Source of the DNA: Acholeplasma laidlawii PG-8A | GTDB taxonomy: Bacteria > Bacillota_I > Bacilli_A > Acholeplasmatales > Acholeplasmataceae | Direction: 5' to 3' | Length of the DNA stretch: 32,000 nt | Assembly (NCBI RefSeq): GCF_000018785.1 | Contig: NC_010163.1 | Location: 630,001-662,000, forward strand | In this document: positions 1 through 7,790 of the stretch, piece after piece | How positions within the stretch are numbered: the first letter of the stretch is position 1 | Layout of the letters: every line of letters starts with the position of its first letter | The notes under the pieces: model-generated | What the model was told of the DNA's origin: nothing | The model's database searches: none | What the model saw: only the letters and a program-made list of their open reading frames with translations | Position numbers and translations under genes: made by a program

Positions 1-335
1 GCACACAAGATACCATCTGGGAATATAACAAACCAAAACGAAATGAAGAACATCCAACAATGAAACCTTTAGAACTCGTCGGTAAAGCTATCGCTAATTC
101 ATCCAGAGTAAATGAGATAGTCTTAGATTTATTTGGTGGTTCTGGATCAACCATGATCGCATCTGATCAGCTTCAAAGAAGAGCAAGAATCATGGAACTG
201 GATGAACGATTTGTGGATGTGATTGTAAAACGCTATTTAAAGTACAAAGTATCACTTGATGATTGTTATCTCATTCGAAATGGAAAAGAGATACCGCTTA
301 GTCATATCAACGACTTTCAGATATTGTCACTATAG
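1..335 (+). CDS. DNA methyltransferase (N6-adenine/N4-cytosine, beta-class), C-terminal part; 5' end is off-window
   Basis: The frame is open from base 3: TQDTIWEYNKPKRNEEHPTMKPLELV, then DLFGGSGST (FxGxG SAM-binding motif I). This order is typical of ParB-less phage N6A/N4C methylases. Confidence 0.85.
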   Translation, partial: TQDTIWEYNKPKRNEEHPTMKPLELVGKAIANSSRVNEIVLDLFGGSGSTMIASDQLQRRARIMELDERFVDVIVKRYLKYKVSLDDCYLIRNGKEIPLSHINDFQILSL

Positions 336-426
336 TGAGCAAATCTTGTCGAATTGACTTGCTATTTAATGCCTTTAGAGTGATATATAGTAGTAACCAA
401 AAAAGGTTAGGAAAGAGGCAATAGCG

Positions 427-753
427 ATGAAAGTCAAATTTGAAACGAGAGCATTCAAAGAACAGATTATTCCACAGGATGATTTTGTAGTTGAGAAAGT
501 TGTCGAGATATCACAAAGACAGTTTAATAAGTTCTTAGATGATATGCTTGGCGATTATGATTTCATAAAAGCTCACAAGGATTTAATGTACACAGACAGC
601 AAAAACGTGTGGCACGCAATTTTAGTAACAACTAAAGCATTAGACTATGGAATCCTAGTACAAGCAGATGGTTCAAGTTATGCTAGATACTCCGCATTTA
701 TTAGAAAAAGTGAGATAGGAGGATTAGGTGATGGAAAAACAACAACTGCTTAA
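427..753 (+). CDS. Hypothetical early protein, paralog A of 1541..1846
   Basis: GGAAAGAGG RBS upstream. About half of ~92 aligned residues are identical to ORF 1541..1846, including IPQD-F-VEK, DYDFIK-H, LMY-D, GILV and YARY-AFI. Confidence 0.6.
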   Translation: MKVKFETRAFKEQIIPQDDFVVEKVVEISQRQFNKFLDDMLGDYDFIKAHKDLMYTDSKNVWHAILVTTKALDYGILVQADGSSYARYSAFIRKSEIGGLGDGKTTTA

Positions 754-1165
754 AGATTTGATTCAAGCGTTCAATAGTGGAAGCTTTGAATCAAGTGATG
801 TTAAAGTTCAAATCAAAGCTGGATGGTATGATTGGTTTTGTAAAGACTCAAGCTTAAAGAATAAAACCAAACGCATGGGCAATATCATCAAGCAAATTAA
901 ACCAGGCGGCAAGGTTGATCTAGATAACAGTTATGTCTGGTTCAAAAACAATTGTCCACTTCAAGGTAGTCTTTATGATGATTTTAGAATTGCAGATTTA
1001 GAATCCGATGTCACATTGATTGTTGTTCAACTAAACTCACCATGGCATGACAAGACTTACACAGTCTATGAACGATTAACACACTATGAAAAAGTTGTGT
1101 TTTCAACGGACTCAGTTAAAGAACTTGTTAAGTGGTTAAACGAAGGGTGGGAAACGCATGTATAA
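728..1165 (+). CDS. Hypothetical early protein
   Basis: Long ORF with a GGAGGA RBS, GTG/ATG start at 728/731, overlap-coupled to its neighbours. No motif recognised. Confidence 0.55.
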   Translation: MMEKQQLLKDLIQAFNSGSFESSDVKVQIKAGWYDWFCKDSSLKNKTKRMGNIIKQIKPGGKVDLDNSYVWFKNNCPLQGSLYDDFRIADLESDVTLIVVQLNSPWHDKTYTVYERLTHYEKVVFSTDSVKELVKWLNEGWETHV

Positions 1166-1544
1166 CTATTACAATAGACATCCTAAAGGTATCAAAACTG
1201 GTGACTGTGTGGTTAGAGCAATCTCAACAGCATTTGATAAAGACTACATGGAAACAAGAAGAGAACTCAATCAGAAAAAACGTGAATGGAGTTTCACCAG
1301 TTACAAGGATACAGAGTTTATCTATAAGTATTTAGAGAATCGTCCAAGATACATTTTTAAAGCGGTTAAGGGTGAACCAAGGATTAAGGGTACAGACTTT
1401 GCACAGCTACATCCAACAGGAACATTTATATTAAAGATGGCCGGACACTTGAGTGTCTGTAAAGATGGTGTCATTCTAGACATTTGGGATTGCACCTATA
1501 GAAGTGTTTATACAGCATGGAGAATTGACGAGGAAACAACATGA
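1158..1544 (+). CDS. Hypothetical protein with a possible papain-like Cys/His arrangement
   Basis: TGDCVVRAIS near the N-terminus and AGHLSVCKDGVILDIWD near the C-terminus give a Cys...His...Asp order. Start and stop overlap the neighbouring genes. The fold assignment is inference only. Confidence 0.5.
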   Translation: MYNYYNRHPKGIKTGDCVVRAISTAFDKDYMETRRELNQKKREWSFTSYKDTEFIYKYLENRPRYIFKAVKGEPRIKGTDFAQLHPTGTFILKMAGHLSVCKDGVILDIWDCTYRSVYTAWRIDEETT

Positions 1545-1846
1545 AAGTAAATTTTATAAGAAAACCAACACCAGAGGAACTTATCCCTCAAGACGAATTT
1601 ATCGTCGAAAAGACCATAATTCTAGAAGGTGACGTATTTGAAGGATTCATCAGAGAACCATTAAACGATTATGATTTCATCAAAGAACATTTAGAATTGA
1701 TGTATTGTGATAAGGAAGGCATATTTCACTGCTTGTTAGTCACGTCCGATAAACATGACTTTGGTATCCTGGTTGAAAGTGAAGGATATCATTACGCTAG
1801 GTATGCAGCATTCATACCACTTATTAAAACCAAAACAGAAAATTAA
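1541..1846 (+). CDS. Hypothetical early protein, paralog B of 427..753
   Basis: ATGA overlap with the upstream gene. Colinear similarity to ORF 427..753. Confidence 0.6.
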   Translation: MKVNFIRKPTPEELIPQDEFIVEKTIILEGDVFEGFIREPLNDYDFIKEHLELMYCDKEGIFHCLLVTSDKHDFGILVESEGYHYARYAAFIPLIKTKTEN

Positions 1847-1870
1847 GGAAGCGAGTAAGCTTCCTTTTTA
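1845..1870 (+). terminator. Putative intrinsic terminator after the early gene block
   Basis: AAGGAAGC-gagtaa-GCTTCCTT hairpin followed by a short T run (TTTTTA). Confidence 0.5.
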
Positions 1871-1893
1871 ACTATTTAAAGCGAGGAAAACAA

Positions 1894-3042
1894 ATGAAAA
1901 TTATAACAAGTGAATCTGTCTTTAAAGGACACCCAGATAAAATATGTGACCAAATCAGTGATGCAATCTTAGATGCACATTTAGAGCAAGACAGAAATGC
2001 AAGAGTAGCAGTAGAAACAGCTATCAAAGATGATGTTGTTTTTATCTTTGGTGAGGTCACATCCAAAGCTTCAGTGAATTATAAAGAAGTCGCACTAACC
2101 ACATTAAAAGAAATCGGATATGATGATCCATTCGATGTGATTGAAAAGATATCCAAACAGTCCGATGATATTGCACTTGGTGTAAATCATACGAACGATC
2201 ATGAACAAGGTGCAGGTGATCAAGGCTTAATGTTTGGCTACGCTTGCAAAGAAACGCCAGAATTTATGCCTTTACCGATTGTGGTGGCACATGACATTGC
2301 AAGAAGCATTGACGAGCTTAGAAAGGCAAAGTATGGCCACGTGTTTGGTCCAGATGGTAAGTGTCAAGTTTCTGTAGTCTACGAGAATGATGAACCGATT
2401 GCTTATGAAACAATCGTAGTGTCTGCGCAAACAAAGCATGGCATTCAATTAGATTATGCTAAAGAGATAATTTTAAATGAAGTATTGAAACTACTGATAG
2501 GTGAAGACCTTTCACACATTCAAGTCTTAATCAATCCAACAGGTGCTTTTGTCGTTGGTGGACCATATGGAGATTCTGGATTAACTGGTAGAAAGATTAT
2601 TGTTGATACCTATGGTGGTTATGCTAAACATGGCGGTGGCGCATTCTCTGGCAAGGATGTGAGCAAGGTAGACCGCAGTGCGGCTTACTATGCCAGATTC
2701 GTAGCAAAAGCCCTTGTAGCGGCAAATTTAGCGAACAGGTGCGAAGTTAGTGTGTCCTATTCCATCGGTGTAGCAAACCCTGTAAGTGTATCCGTTGATA
2801 CCTTTGGAACAGGTGTTACTTCTGATGATGTTTTATTAAAGTTAATTAAAGAGAACTTCAACTTTACACCGTCAAGTATTATCAAAGAACTAAACCTGGA
2901 CAAAGTGAAGTTTAAACCGTTAGCATCTTATGGACATATAGGTCGTGTTGATCTTGATGTTGCATGGGAAAAAGTAGATGCAAAAGCTAAACAATTAAGT
3001 GAATCTTATGAGCAAACCAAAAGAACTGCACAGGTTCTATAA
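1894..3042 (+). CDS. metK: S-adenosylmethionine synthetase (methionine adenosyltransferase)
   Basis: SESVFKGHPDKICDQISDAILDA at the N-terminus, GAGDQGLMFGYA, DGKCQVSV, GGPYGDSGLTGRKIIVDTYGG and GGGAFSGKD. These are full-length MetK hallmarks (382 aa). GAGGAAA RBS. Confidence 0.95.
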   Translation: MKIITSESVFKGHPDKICDQISDAILDAHLEQDRNARVAVETAIKDDVVFIFGEVTSKASVNYKEVALTTLKEIGYDDPFDVIEKISKQSDDIALGVNHTNDHEQGAGDQGLMFGYACKETPEFMPLPIVVAHDIARSIDELRKAKYGHVFGPDGKCQVSVVYENDEPIAYETIVVSAQTKHGIQLDYAKEIILNEVLKLLIGEDLSHIQVLINPTGAFVVGGPYGDSGLTGRKIIVDTYGGYAKHGGGAFSGKDVSKVDRSAAYYARFVAKALVAANLANRCEVSVSYSIGVANPVSVSVDTFGTGVTSDDVLLKLIKENFNFTPSSIIKELNLDKVKFKPLASYGHIGRVDLDVAWEKVDAKAKQLSESYEQTKRTAQVL

Positions 3043-3292
3043 GTCGAAGGCTTGGCTCGTTGCTCGTAATATCAAAACAAACGCCACACAGGGCAAGTGT
3101 GAGCGGTGTGGCGCGATTGGTGAAGAGGTTCACCATAAGATTAGGCTGACTGTAGATAATGTCAATGATACCAATATTAGTTTGAATCAAGATAACTTAG
3201 AGTTGTTATGTAGGGACTGTCACAATAAAGAGCATGGACGATTCAAGAAACAAGAAGTACTGTTTGATGTGTTTGGAAATTTTACTGGTTGA
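2999..3292 (+). CDS. HNH endonuclease (phage packaging-associated type)
   Basis: CERCG...VHHK...NLELLCRDCHNKEH gives two CxxC pairs plus H-N-H. The likely true start is the ATG at 3008 (MSKPKEL). The gene overlaps the metK 3' end. Confidence 0.85.
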   Translation: MNLMSKPKELHRFYKSKAWLVARNIKTNATQGKCERCGAIGEEVHHKIRLTVDNVNDTNISLNQDNLELLCRDCHNKEHGRFKKQEVLFDVFGNFTG

Positions 3293-3313
3293 ATGGTAAA
3301 CAATCTTATAATG

Positions 3314-3322
3314 TGGTAAAAT
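3314..3322 (+). promoter_or_regulatory. Possible extended -10 promoter element upstream of the defence island
   Basis: TGGTAAAAT (TGn-TAAAAT), 36 nt upstream of the TTG start at 3358. The -35 (TGGTAA, 17 nt spacing) is weak. Confidence 0.25.
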
Positions 3323-3357
3323 TATAAAAAAGTCGTTTCAAAAAAGGGGTTGTTTCT

Positions 3358-4389
3358 TTGTCATTAGATACTACATATTCAATCTTACCGAAAGATTTAT
3401 CGGGTTCTAGAACTAAAAATAGATTTAGACAAGAGATGTTATGGGGAATTAGTAAAATATATGATCTTTATTTGGAGAACCCAGATGATTTTTTTGTTAT
3501 ATTTGACTATGTTTGTGATATTGAAGTTGGATTCAATGATACATTGCATTTTTATCAAGTAAAAACAAAAGATACTAGCAGTCCTTTTAGTATTTCGGAT
3601 CTAATTAGAAAGAAGAGTGGTCATTCTTATTTATCCTTGCTTTTTTCATTGAAGGTAAACAATCAAATCAAGAGTATTAATGTAGTTTCTAATACAAAAC
3701 TATCAATTAAAAATACCATACTTCAAAATTCTGAGATAATACCTTTTGAAAGTTTAGAAGATGATGAAAAGAAAAAAATTGAAGATCATCTTAAAGCAAA
3801 ATCTATTCTAGTCACAGATCTAAAGGACTCATTCTTCATAAGGTCAGATTTTTGCATTAATAATCCCGATACATTATTAATAGGTAAGACTGTTGAGTTT
3901 TTAGAAAATGCAAAAGGTATTAAATTAAGTGAACCAAAACTGATATATAATTACATAAAGGGATTGGTAGACAGAAAAGCAAGTTATGAGTTGAACACTA
4001 TTGATTTAAATGATACGATCGATAAAAAAGGAATAAAAAGAAGTGAAATTGATAACATATTGAATAATTTACTAGGCGCTGACAGATATAGAGAAAAGAC
4101 TTTATCTAAAATAGAGGCACTAAATGGTGATTATAATTATGGAGAAGTATTGCTTTTAAAAACCGCATTGTCTAGAGTTTTTAAATATGGGATTACATCA
4201 AAAACAATAGAAGCACTAATTGTAGATATTAGTAATTGTATCAATGATAATGAAAGTACTATTCAGGATTTGAAATTATCTGAGATAGTCGAATATGTCT
4301 ATAATTGTATTGAATGGGATATTATCAAGGATAAGTCAGAAAGAAAGTGCATAATACTATTGACATTAACAAAAATGGAAAGCGTGTAG
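3358..4389 (+). CDS. DUF4297/Cap4-type dsDNA nuclease domain protein, LmuA-like (Lamassu effector candidate)
   Basis: N-terminal GSRTKNRFRQEMLWG followed by FVIFDYVCDIEVGFNDTLHFYQVKTKD (D...D-x-E...QxK, PD-(D/E)xK-like). This matches my memory of the DUF4297 consensus. AAAGGGG RBS, TTG start. Confidence 0.65.
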   Translation: MSLDTTYSILPKDLSGSRTKNRFRQEMLWGISKIYDLYLENPDDFFVIFDYVCDIEVGFNDTLHFYQVKTKDTSSPFSISDLIRKKSGHSYLSLLFSLKVNNQIKSINVVSNTKLSIKNTILQNSEIIPFESLEDDEKKKIEDHLKAKSILVTDLKDSFFIRSDFCINNPDTLLIGKTVEFLENAKGIKLSEPKLIYNYIKGLVDRKASYELNTIDLNDTIDKKGIKRSEIDNILNNLLGADRYREKTLSKIEALNGDYNYGEVLLLKTALSRVFKYGITSKTIEALIVDISNCINDNESTIQDLKLSEIVEYVYNCIEWDIIKDKSERKCIILLTLTKMESV

Positions 4390-4398
4390 GTGAAATAG

Positions 4399-6084
4399 AT
4401 GAAAAACATGATTGTAAATAGCATTGCTATAATTAGTCCTAATAGTAAAACAGCAAAATATGCTGAATTTACTGCAGGAATTAATGTTGTCACATCTAAC
4501 AAAAATATAAACGGTAATTATGTGGGTAAATCTAGTCTACTAAGAAGTATTTATCATACATTAGGAGCAGATGGTAAGTTTACAACAAGCTTATGGGAAA
4601 GAGAAGGCAAGTACACATACATACTAGATTTTTCAATCAATAATAGCAGATTTAGAATGTTAAGATTTGATAATCTATTCAAATTGTATGATGAAAACAA
4701 TAGTTTATTATTTAAGGTTATAAATAGAACAGACCTAGCAATCGAACTTAACAAACTGTTTAACCAAGAAATTTATCTTAAAAATAAGAATAACGAATAT
4801 TCTATTGCACATCCTGCATTTAATTATCTATTAAATTATATTGATCAAAAAGAAATCCGTGTGTCGGAATTTAGCACATTTAATGGTTTGAATGCATTTT
4901 CTGCCTTTTATTCTGATTTATTATACTCACATTTGGGTGTTAACAACAAGCAATTTAATGAGTTGAAAATTGAATCAGATGAATTAAATAGAAAAATCGG
5001 TGAAATAAATAAGAAGAACCTAATGTTCAATGAAATGCTAGCACAAATAGATAAGAATAAAGATTTGAATTCAAATTACTCTGAGATTGAAGTTTTAAAA
5101 AAAGAACTGCAAAAACACCAAGATGAATATACTAAACTCATTGGTGAAGCAAACAAGTTAAAAGAAAAATTACTTAAGACAAATGATTCTAAGATAGAGA
5201 TTGAGTTTGCTATTAATGAATTACGAAAAATGATCAGTTCTGATGAGAAGGTATTAGATAAATCAATTAAGGAACACACATGTCCTATCTGCAATTCAGA
5301 GCTAAGAGATGATAGTCATGCATATATTCATAAAGCAGTTGATGTTGATGGTGCAAAATTTCAATTACTTGATGCTGAAAGAGAATTAGGTAAACTTAGT
5401 AGAGAAATCATTTTAACTAACAGTAAGTATGAAGACAATCTTGCGGAACTGAAAAGAATTGAAGCAAGAGTTTTTGAGGGTAATAAGGGTTTGGAAGATA
5501 CAATAAAATCTTATGGAATGAAAAAGATTAAGGCAAATATATTTGAAGAAATATCAAACAATGAAGTATCCAAAAATACATTTATTGAAGACAGAAAAAA
5601 GATTACAAAGCTACTCAGATCGCTTGATGAGAGAAAAAAGGAAGTTAACAAAAAATATTTGACTAATTTCTATGATATTTATCAAAAATATTCGCTTGGT
5701 GGGTTTGATTTATCTTCAATAGATAGTGTTGAAACAAAGATCAAAGTTGATGGAACGAGAGTTAATATTACTCAGGTTGCTTGGTTATGTTCATTGTTGA
5801 AGACCAAATACGAATTTAATCCGGATAGTTTAATTTACCCTTTAGTATTTGACAATCCTAATAATGCTGATTTTGATGAGGATAATGAAAGAAAAATATT
5901 TAATTTGATATTTGATAACTTACCGGAAAATGGGCAAATAATTACATCGTTAGTTGGATTTGATCAAAACCTGTATAATTCATATGAAATTAAGAAAAAA
6001 ATAATGTTGGTTAATCCTGAAAATTCACTATTAAATAATGATGATTTTGAATCGTGTTTAGATAGATATAGTTCAATTTTATAG
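4399..6084 (+). CDS. SMC/Rad50-like coiled-coil ATPase, LmuB-like (DUF3732-like)
   Basis: N-terminal P-loop-like GNYVGKSSLL. A long K/E-rich coiled-coil is interrupted by CPICNSEL, a CxxC that resembles a zinc hook. C-terminal IYPLVFDNPNN is Walker-B-like (hhhhD). AGGTGA RBS, 9 nt after the preceding gene. Confidence 0.6.
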   Translation: MKNMIVNSIAIISPNSKTAKYAEFTAGINVVTSNKNINGNYVGKSSLLRSIYHTLGADGKFTTSLWEREGKYTYILDFSINNSRFRMLRFDNLFKLYDENNSLLFKVINRTDLAIELNKLFNQEIYLKNKNNEYSIAHPAFNYLLNYIDQKEIRVSEFSTFNGLNAFSAFYSDLLYSHLGVNNKQFNELKIESDELNRKIGEINKKNLMFNEMLAQIDKNKDLNSNYSEIEVLKKELQKHQDEYTKLIGEANKLKEKLLKTNDSKIEIEFAINELRKMISSDEKVLDKSIKEHTCPICNSELRDDSHAYIHKAVDVDGAKFQLLDAERELGKLSREIILTNSKYEDNLAELKRIEARVFEGNKGLEDTIKSYGMKKIKANIFEEISNNEVSKNTFIEDRKKITKLLRSLDERKKEVNKKYLTNFYDIYQKYSLGGFDLSSIDSVETKIKVDGTRVNITQVAWLCSLLKTKYEFNPDSLIYPLVFDNPNNADFDEDNERKIFNLIFDNLPENGQIITSLVGFDQNLYNSYEIKKKIMLVNPENSLLNNDDFESCLDRYSSIL

Positions 6085-6085
6085 T

Positions 6086-6135
6086 CCCCCCCATTACCTT
6101 GCATTATGAAGTGTAAGGGTACCGCATGGGTGGGC
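6086..6135. repeat. GC-rich imperfect hairpin in the spacer between the Lamassu-like pair and the SIR2 gene
   Basis: CCCCCCCAT...ATGGGTGGG outer stem (one mismatch) with an inner ACCTT/AAGGGT stem. It is locally far more GC-rich than its surroundings and has no downstream T tract. Confidence 0.4.
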
Positions 6136-6200
6136 AATTAAAAAACATCAGCCCAAAATTTTGAAAATCGGAAATTAAATTTGAAAAAAGAGGTTATACA

Positions 6201-6956
6201 ATGGACGAATTGAGAAAAATATTTAATAGTAACAGATTACCAGCCTTTTTTGTAGGTGCTGGTATGTCAAAAAGGTATCTCAAAAATATGCCTTCATGGG
6301 ATGAATTATTAATATCTGTTTCAGATTATATTGGAATAAGTAAAACACAATATTATGGAATGAAACAACTTATAAATGAAGACAATATGCAAATGCCTAA
6401 GTTAGCCTCATTATTAGAAAATAAGATAAGAGATAAAGTCATAGACGGTACTTTTAACATTGATGAAGCTTTGTCAGATAAACTAAAAACTGAGATACCA
6501 AATAATGTTTCATTTCTAAAACTATTGATTGCTGAAAGACTTACCAAACTAGAAATCAAAGAAGATGAAAAAACTCAAAAAGAAATAAAGTCATTGAAGA
6601 AATCAATTAAAAAAATCAATAATATATTTACTACGAACTTCGATATGTTCTTTGAAAAATACGTATTGGATGACGATGATATGACTGTTTTTGATTCACA
6701 AGAGTCTTTGTACTTTACTAATTCATTTGGAATATCTGAAATGTATAAAATTCATGGTTCTATCCGCAATCCTAAATCAATGGTTATTAACGAAAAAGAC
6801 TATATAAATTATCTCGAAGATATGAATCTTTTTGTATCAAAACTTTATAATTCGCTTATCGAAAGGCCAATCATTTTTCTAGGATATGGATTAAATGACT
6901 CTAACATTTTAAAAATTTTAGAAGGATTTATTAAACACTTTAATTTAGATGATTGA
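6201..6956 (+). CDS. SIR2_2-family (sirtuin-like NADase) domain protein, N-terminal portion
   Basis: FFVGAGMS (GAGxS), TTNFD (the TTNYD motif), KIHGSI, NEKDY and IIFLGYGLNDSNI. This is the ordered motif set of defence-type SIR2_2 domains, and the catalytic-type Asn and His are present. Confidence 0.75.
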   Translation: MDELRKIFNSNRLPAFFVGAGMSKRYLKNMPSWDELLISVSDYIGISKTQYYGMKQLINEDNMQMPKLASLLENKIRDKVIDGTFNIDEALSDKLKTEIPNNVSFLKLLIAERLTKLEIKEDEKTQKEIKSLKKSIKKINNIFTTNFDMFFEKYVLDDDDMTVFDSQESLYFTNSFGISEMYKIHGSIRNPKSMVINEKDYINYLEDMNLFVSKLYNSLIERPIIFLGYGLNDSNILKILEGFIKHFNLDD

Positions 6957-7765
6957 AAAAGGTAGCAAACAACCTAATTTTTATGAATATTTTGGCTGGG
7001 GAAGAAAATCTACTTTTTGGCGAAGCTACATTTCAAGTTGGCAACAAGCAGATTACAATGAAAAAAATCAAAACAGATAATTATTCAAAAATATTCGATT
7101 ATATAAGTTCTGTTAAAGAAGCGATAAGTGCTAGAGAGATCAAAAGATATAAAGACATTGTGTACGATATCATAGCAAATCATGAAAAAAACGGTGAAAA
7201 AGTATTTGTTGTGAACGCACTGGATATTAACAAGATTGATTCTAACAAAATGGTTCTAGGTATACACCCCAAATATGACGAGACTTTGCCTACTAGAGGA
7301 TTAGTTGGTTTGGATACCGTAACCTTTATAGAACATGCTTTATATAATAATAGTACTATTAAATTTGAAGATATAGCAGGAGTTTGGGCAGAGAAAAGAT
7401 TGAGTAAAACTCATTATTTTCCAACCTATTATATAAAAAATAATGTAACAAATGGATTTAATTTTGGCGCTAAATATATTGCTAATTATGATGCGATGGA
7501 AAAAAGATATATTGAATTAAAGAAAAAAGCTGGGAATCTGAGCCAAGAGAAGATAACTCAATATGAACAAGACTACAATGATTCAGTACTTAAACCTACA
7601 AAAGATAAAAAAGATGTTCTTTTTCATAATTCTCTTTTGCTTCTGATTATAAAAAAAGTTTCTAAAGATGATTTCAGAGATTTTCTAAAAGAAATGTATA
7701 AAAAGAATAAAGAGTACATTAATAATTCTGGTTTTAAGCAATGTATCTGTTACTTGGATAGATGA
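6953..7765 (+). CDS. Either the C-terminal continuation of the SIR2 protein in the -1 frame or a separate coupled gene; no recognised domain
   Basis: The frame opens immediately after an in-frame TGA. The only start at the junction is TTG at 6953 (TTGA overlap); the next ATG is at 6983. There is no SD-like sequence upstream. NNLIFMNIL looks like the missing last Rossmann strand. Confidence 0.5.
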   Translation: MKKVANNLIFMNILAGEENLLFGEATFQVGNKQITMKKIKTDNYSKIFDYISSVKEAISAREIKRYKDIVYDIIANHEKNGEKVFVVNALDINKIDSNKMVLGIHPKYDETLPTRGLVGLDTVTFIEHALYNNSTIKFEDIAGVWAEKRLSKTHYFPTYYIKNNVTNGFNFGAKYIANYDAMEKRYIELKKKAGNLSQEKITQYEQDYNDSVLKPTKDKKDVLFHNSLLLLIIKKVSKDDFRDFLKEMYKKNKEYINNSGFKQCICYLDR

Positions 7766-7790
7766 TAAAAAAATTCGAGGATATTAAGAA

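Noticed and set aside
1132-1335. 67-aa alternative-frame ORF on the + strand
   Set aside because: It is nested out of frame within the junction of ORFs 728-1165 and 1158-1544, which have coupled starts and stops. It has no independent support.
2999-3042. The 35-44 nt overlap of the metK 3' end with the HNH 5' end as a recoding signal
   Set aside because: It is most simply explained by an HNH start at the ATG at 3008 plus a short non-conserved MetK C-terminal tail. No slippery sequence or structure was noticed.
3358-6084. A third Lamassu gene (LmuC) or the DUF4297-HerA (Gao Her) system
   Set aside because: Only 9 nt separate the two genes, and no small third ORF is present. The ATPase is a coiled-coil SMC-like protein and not a HerA-type helicase.
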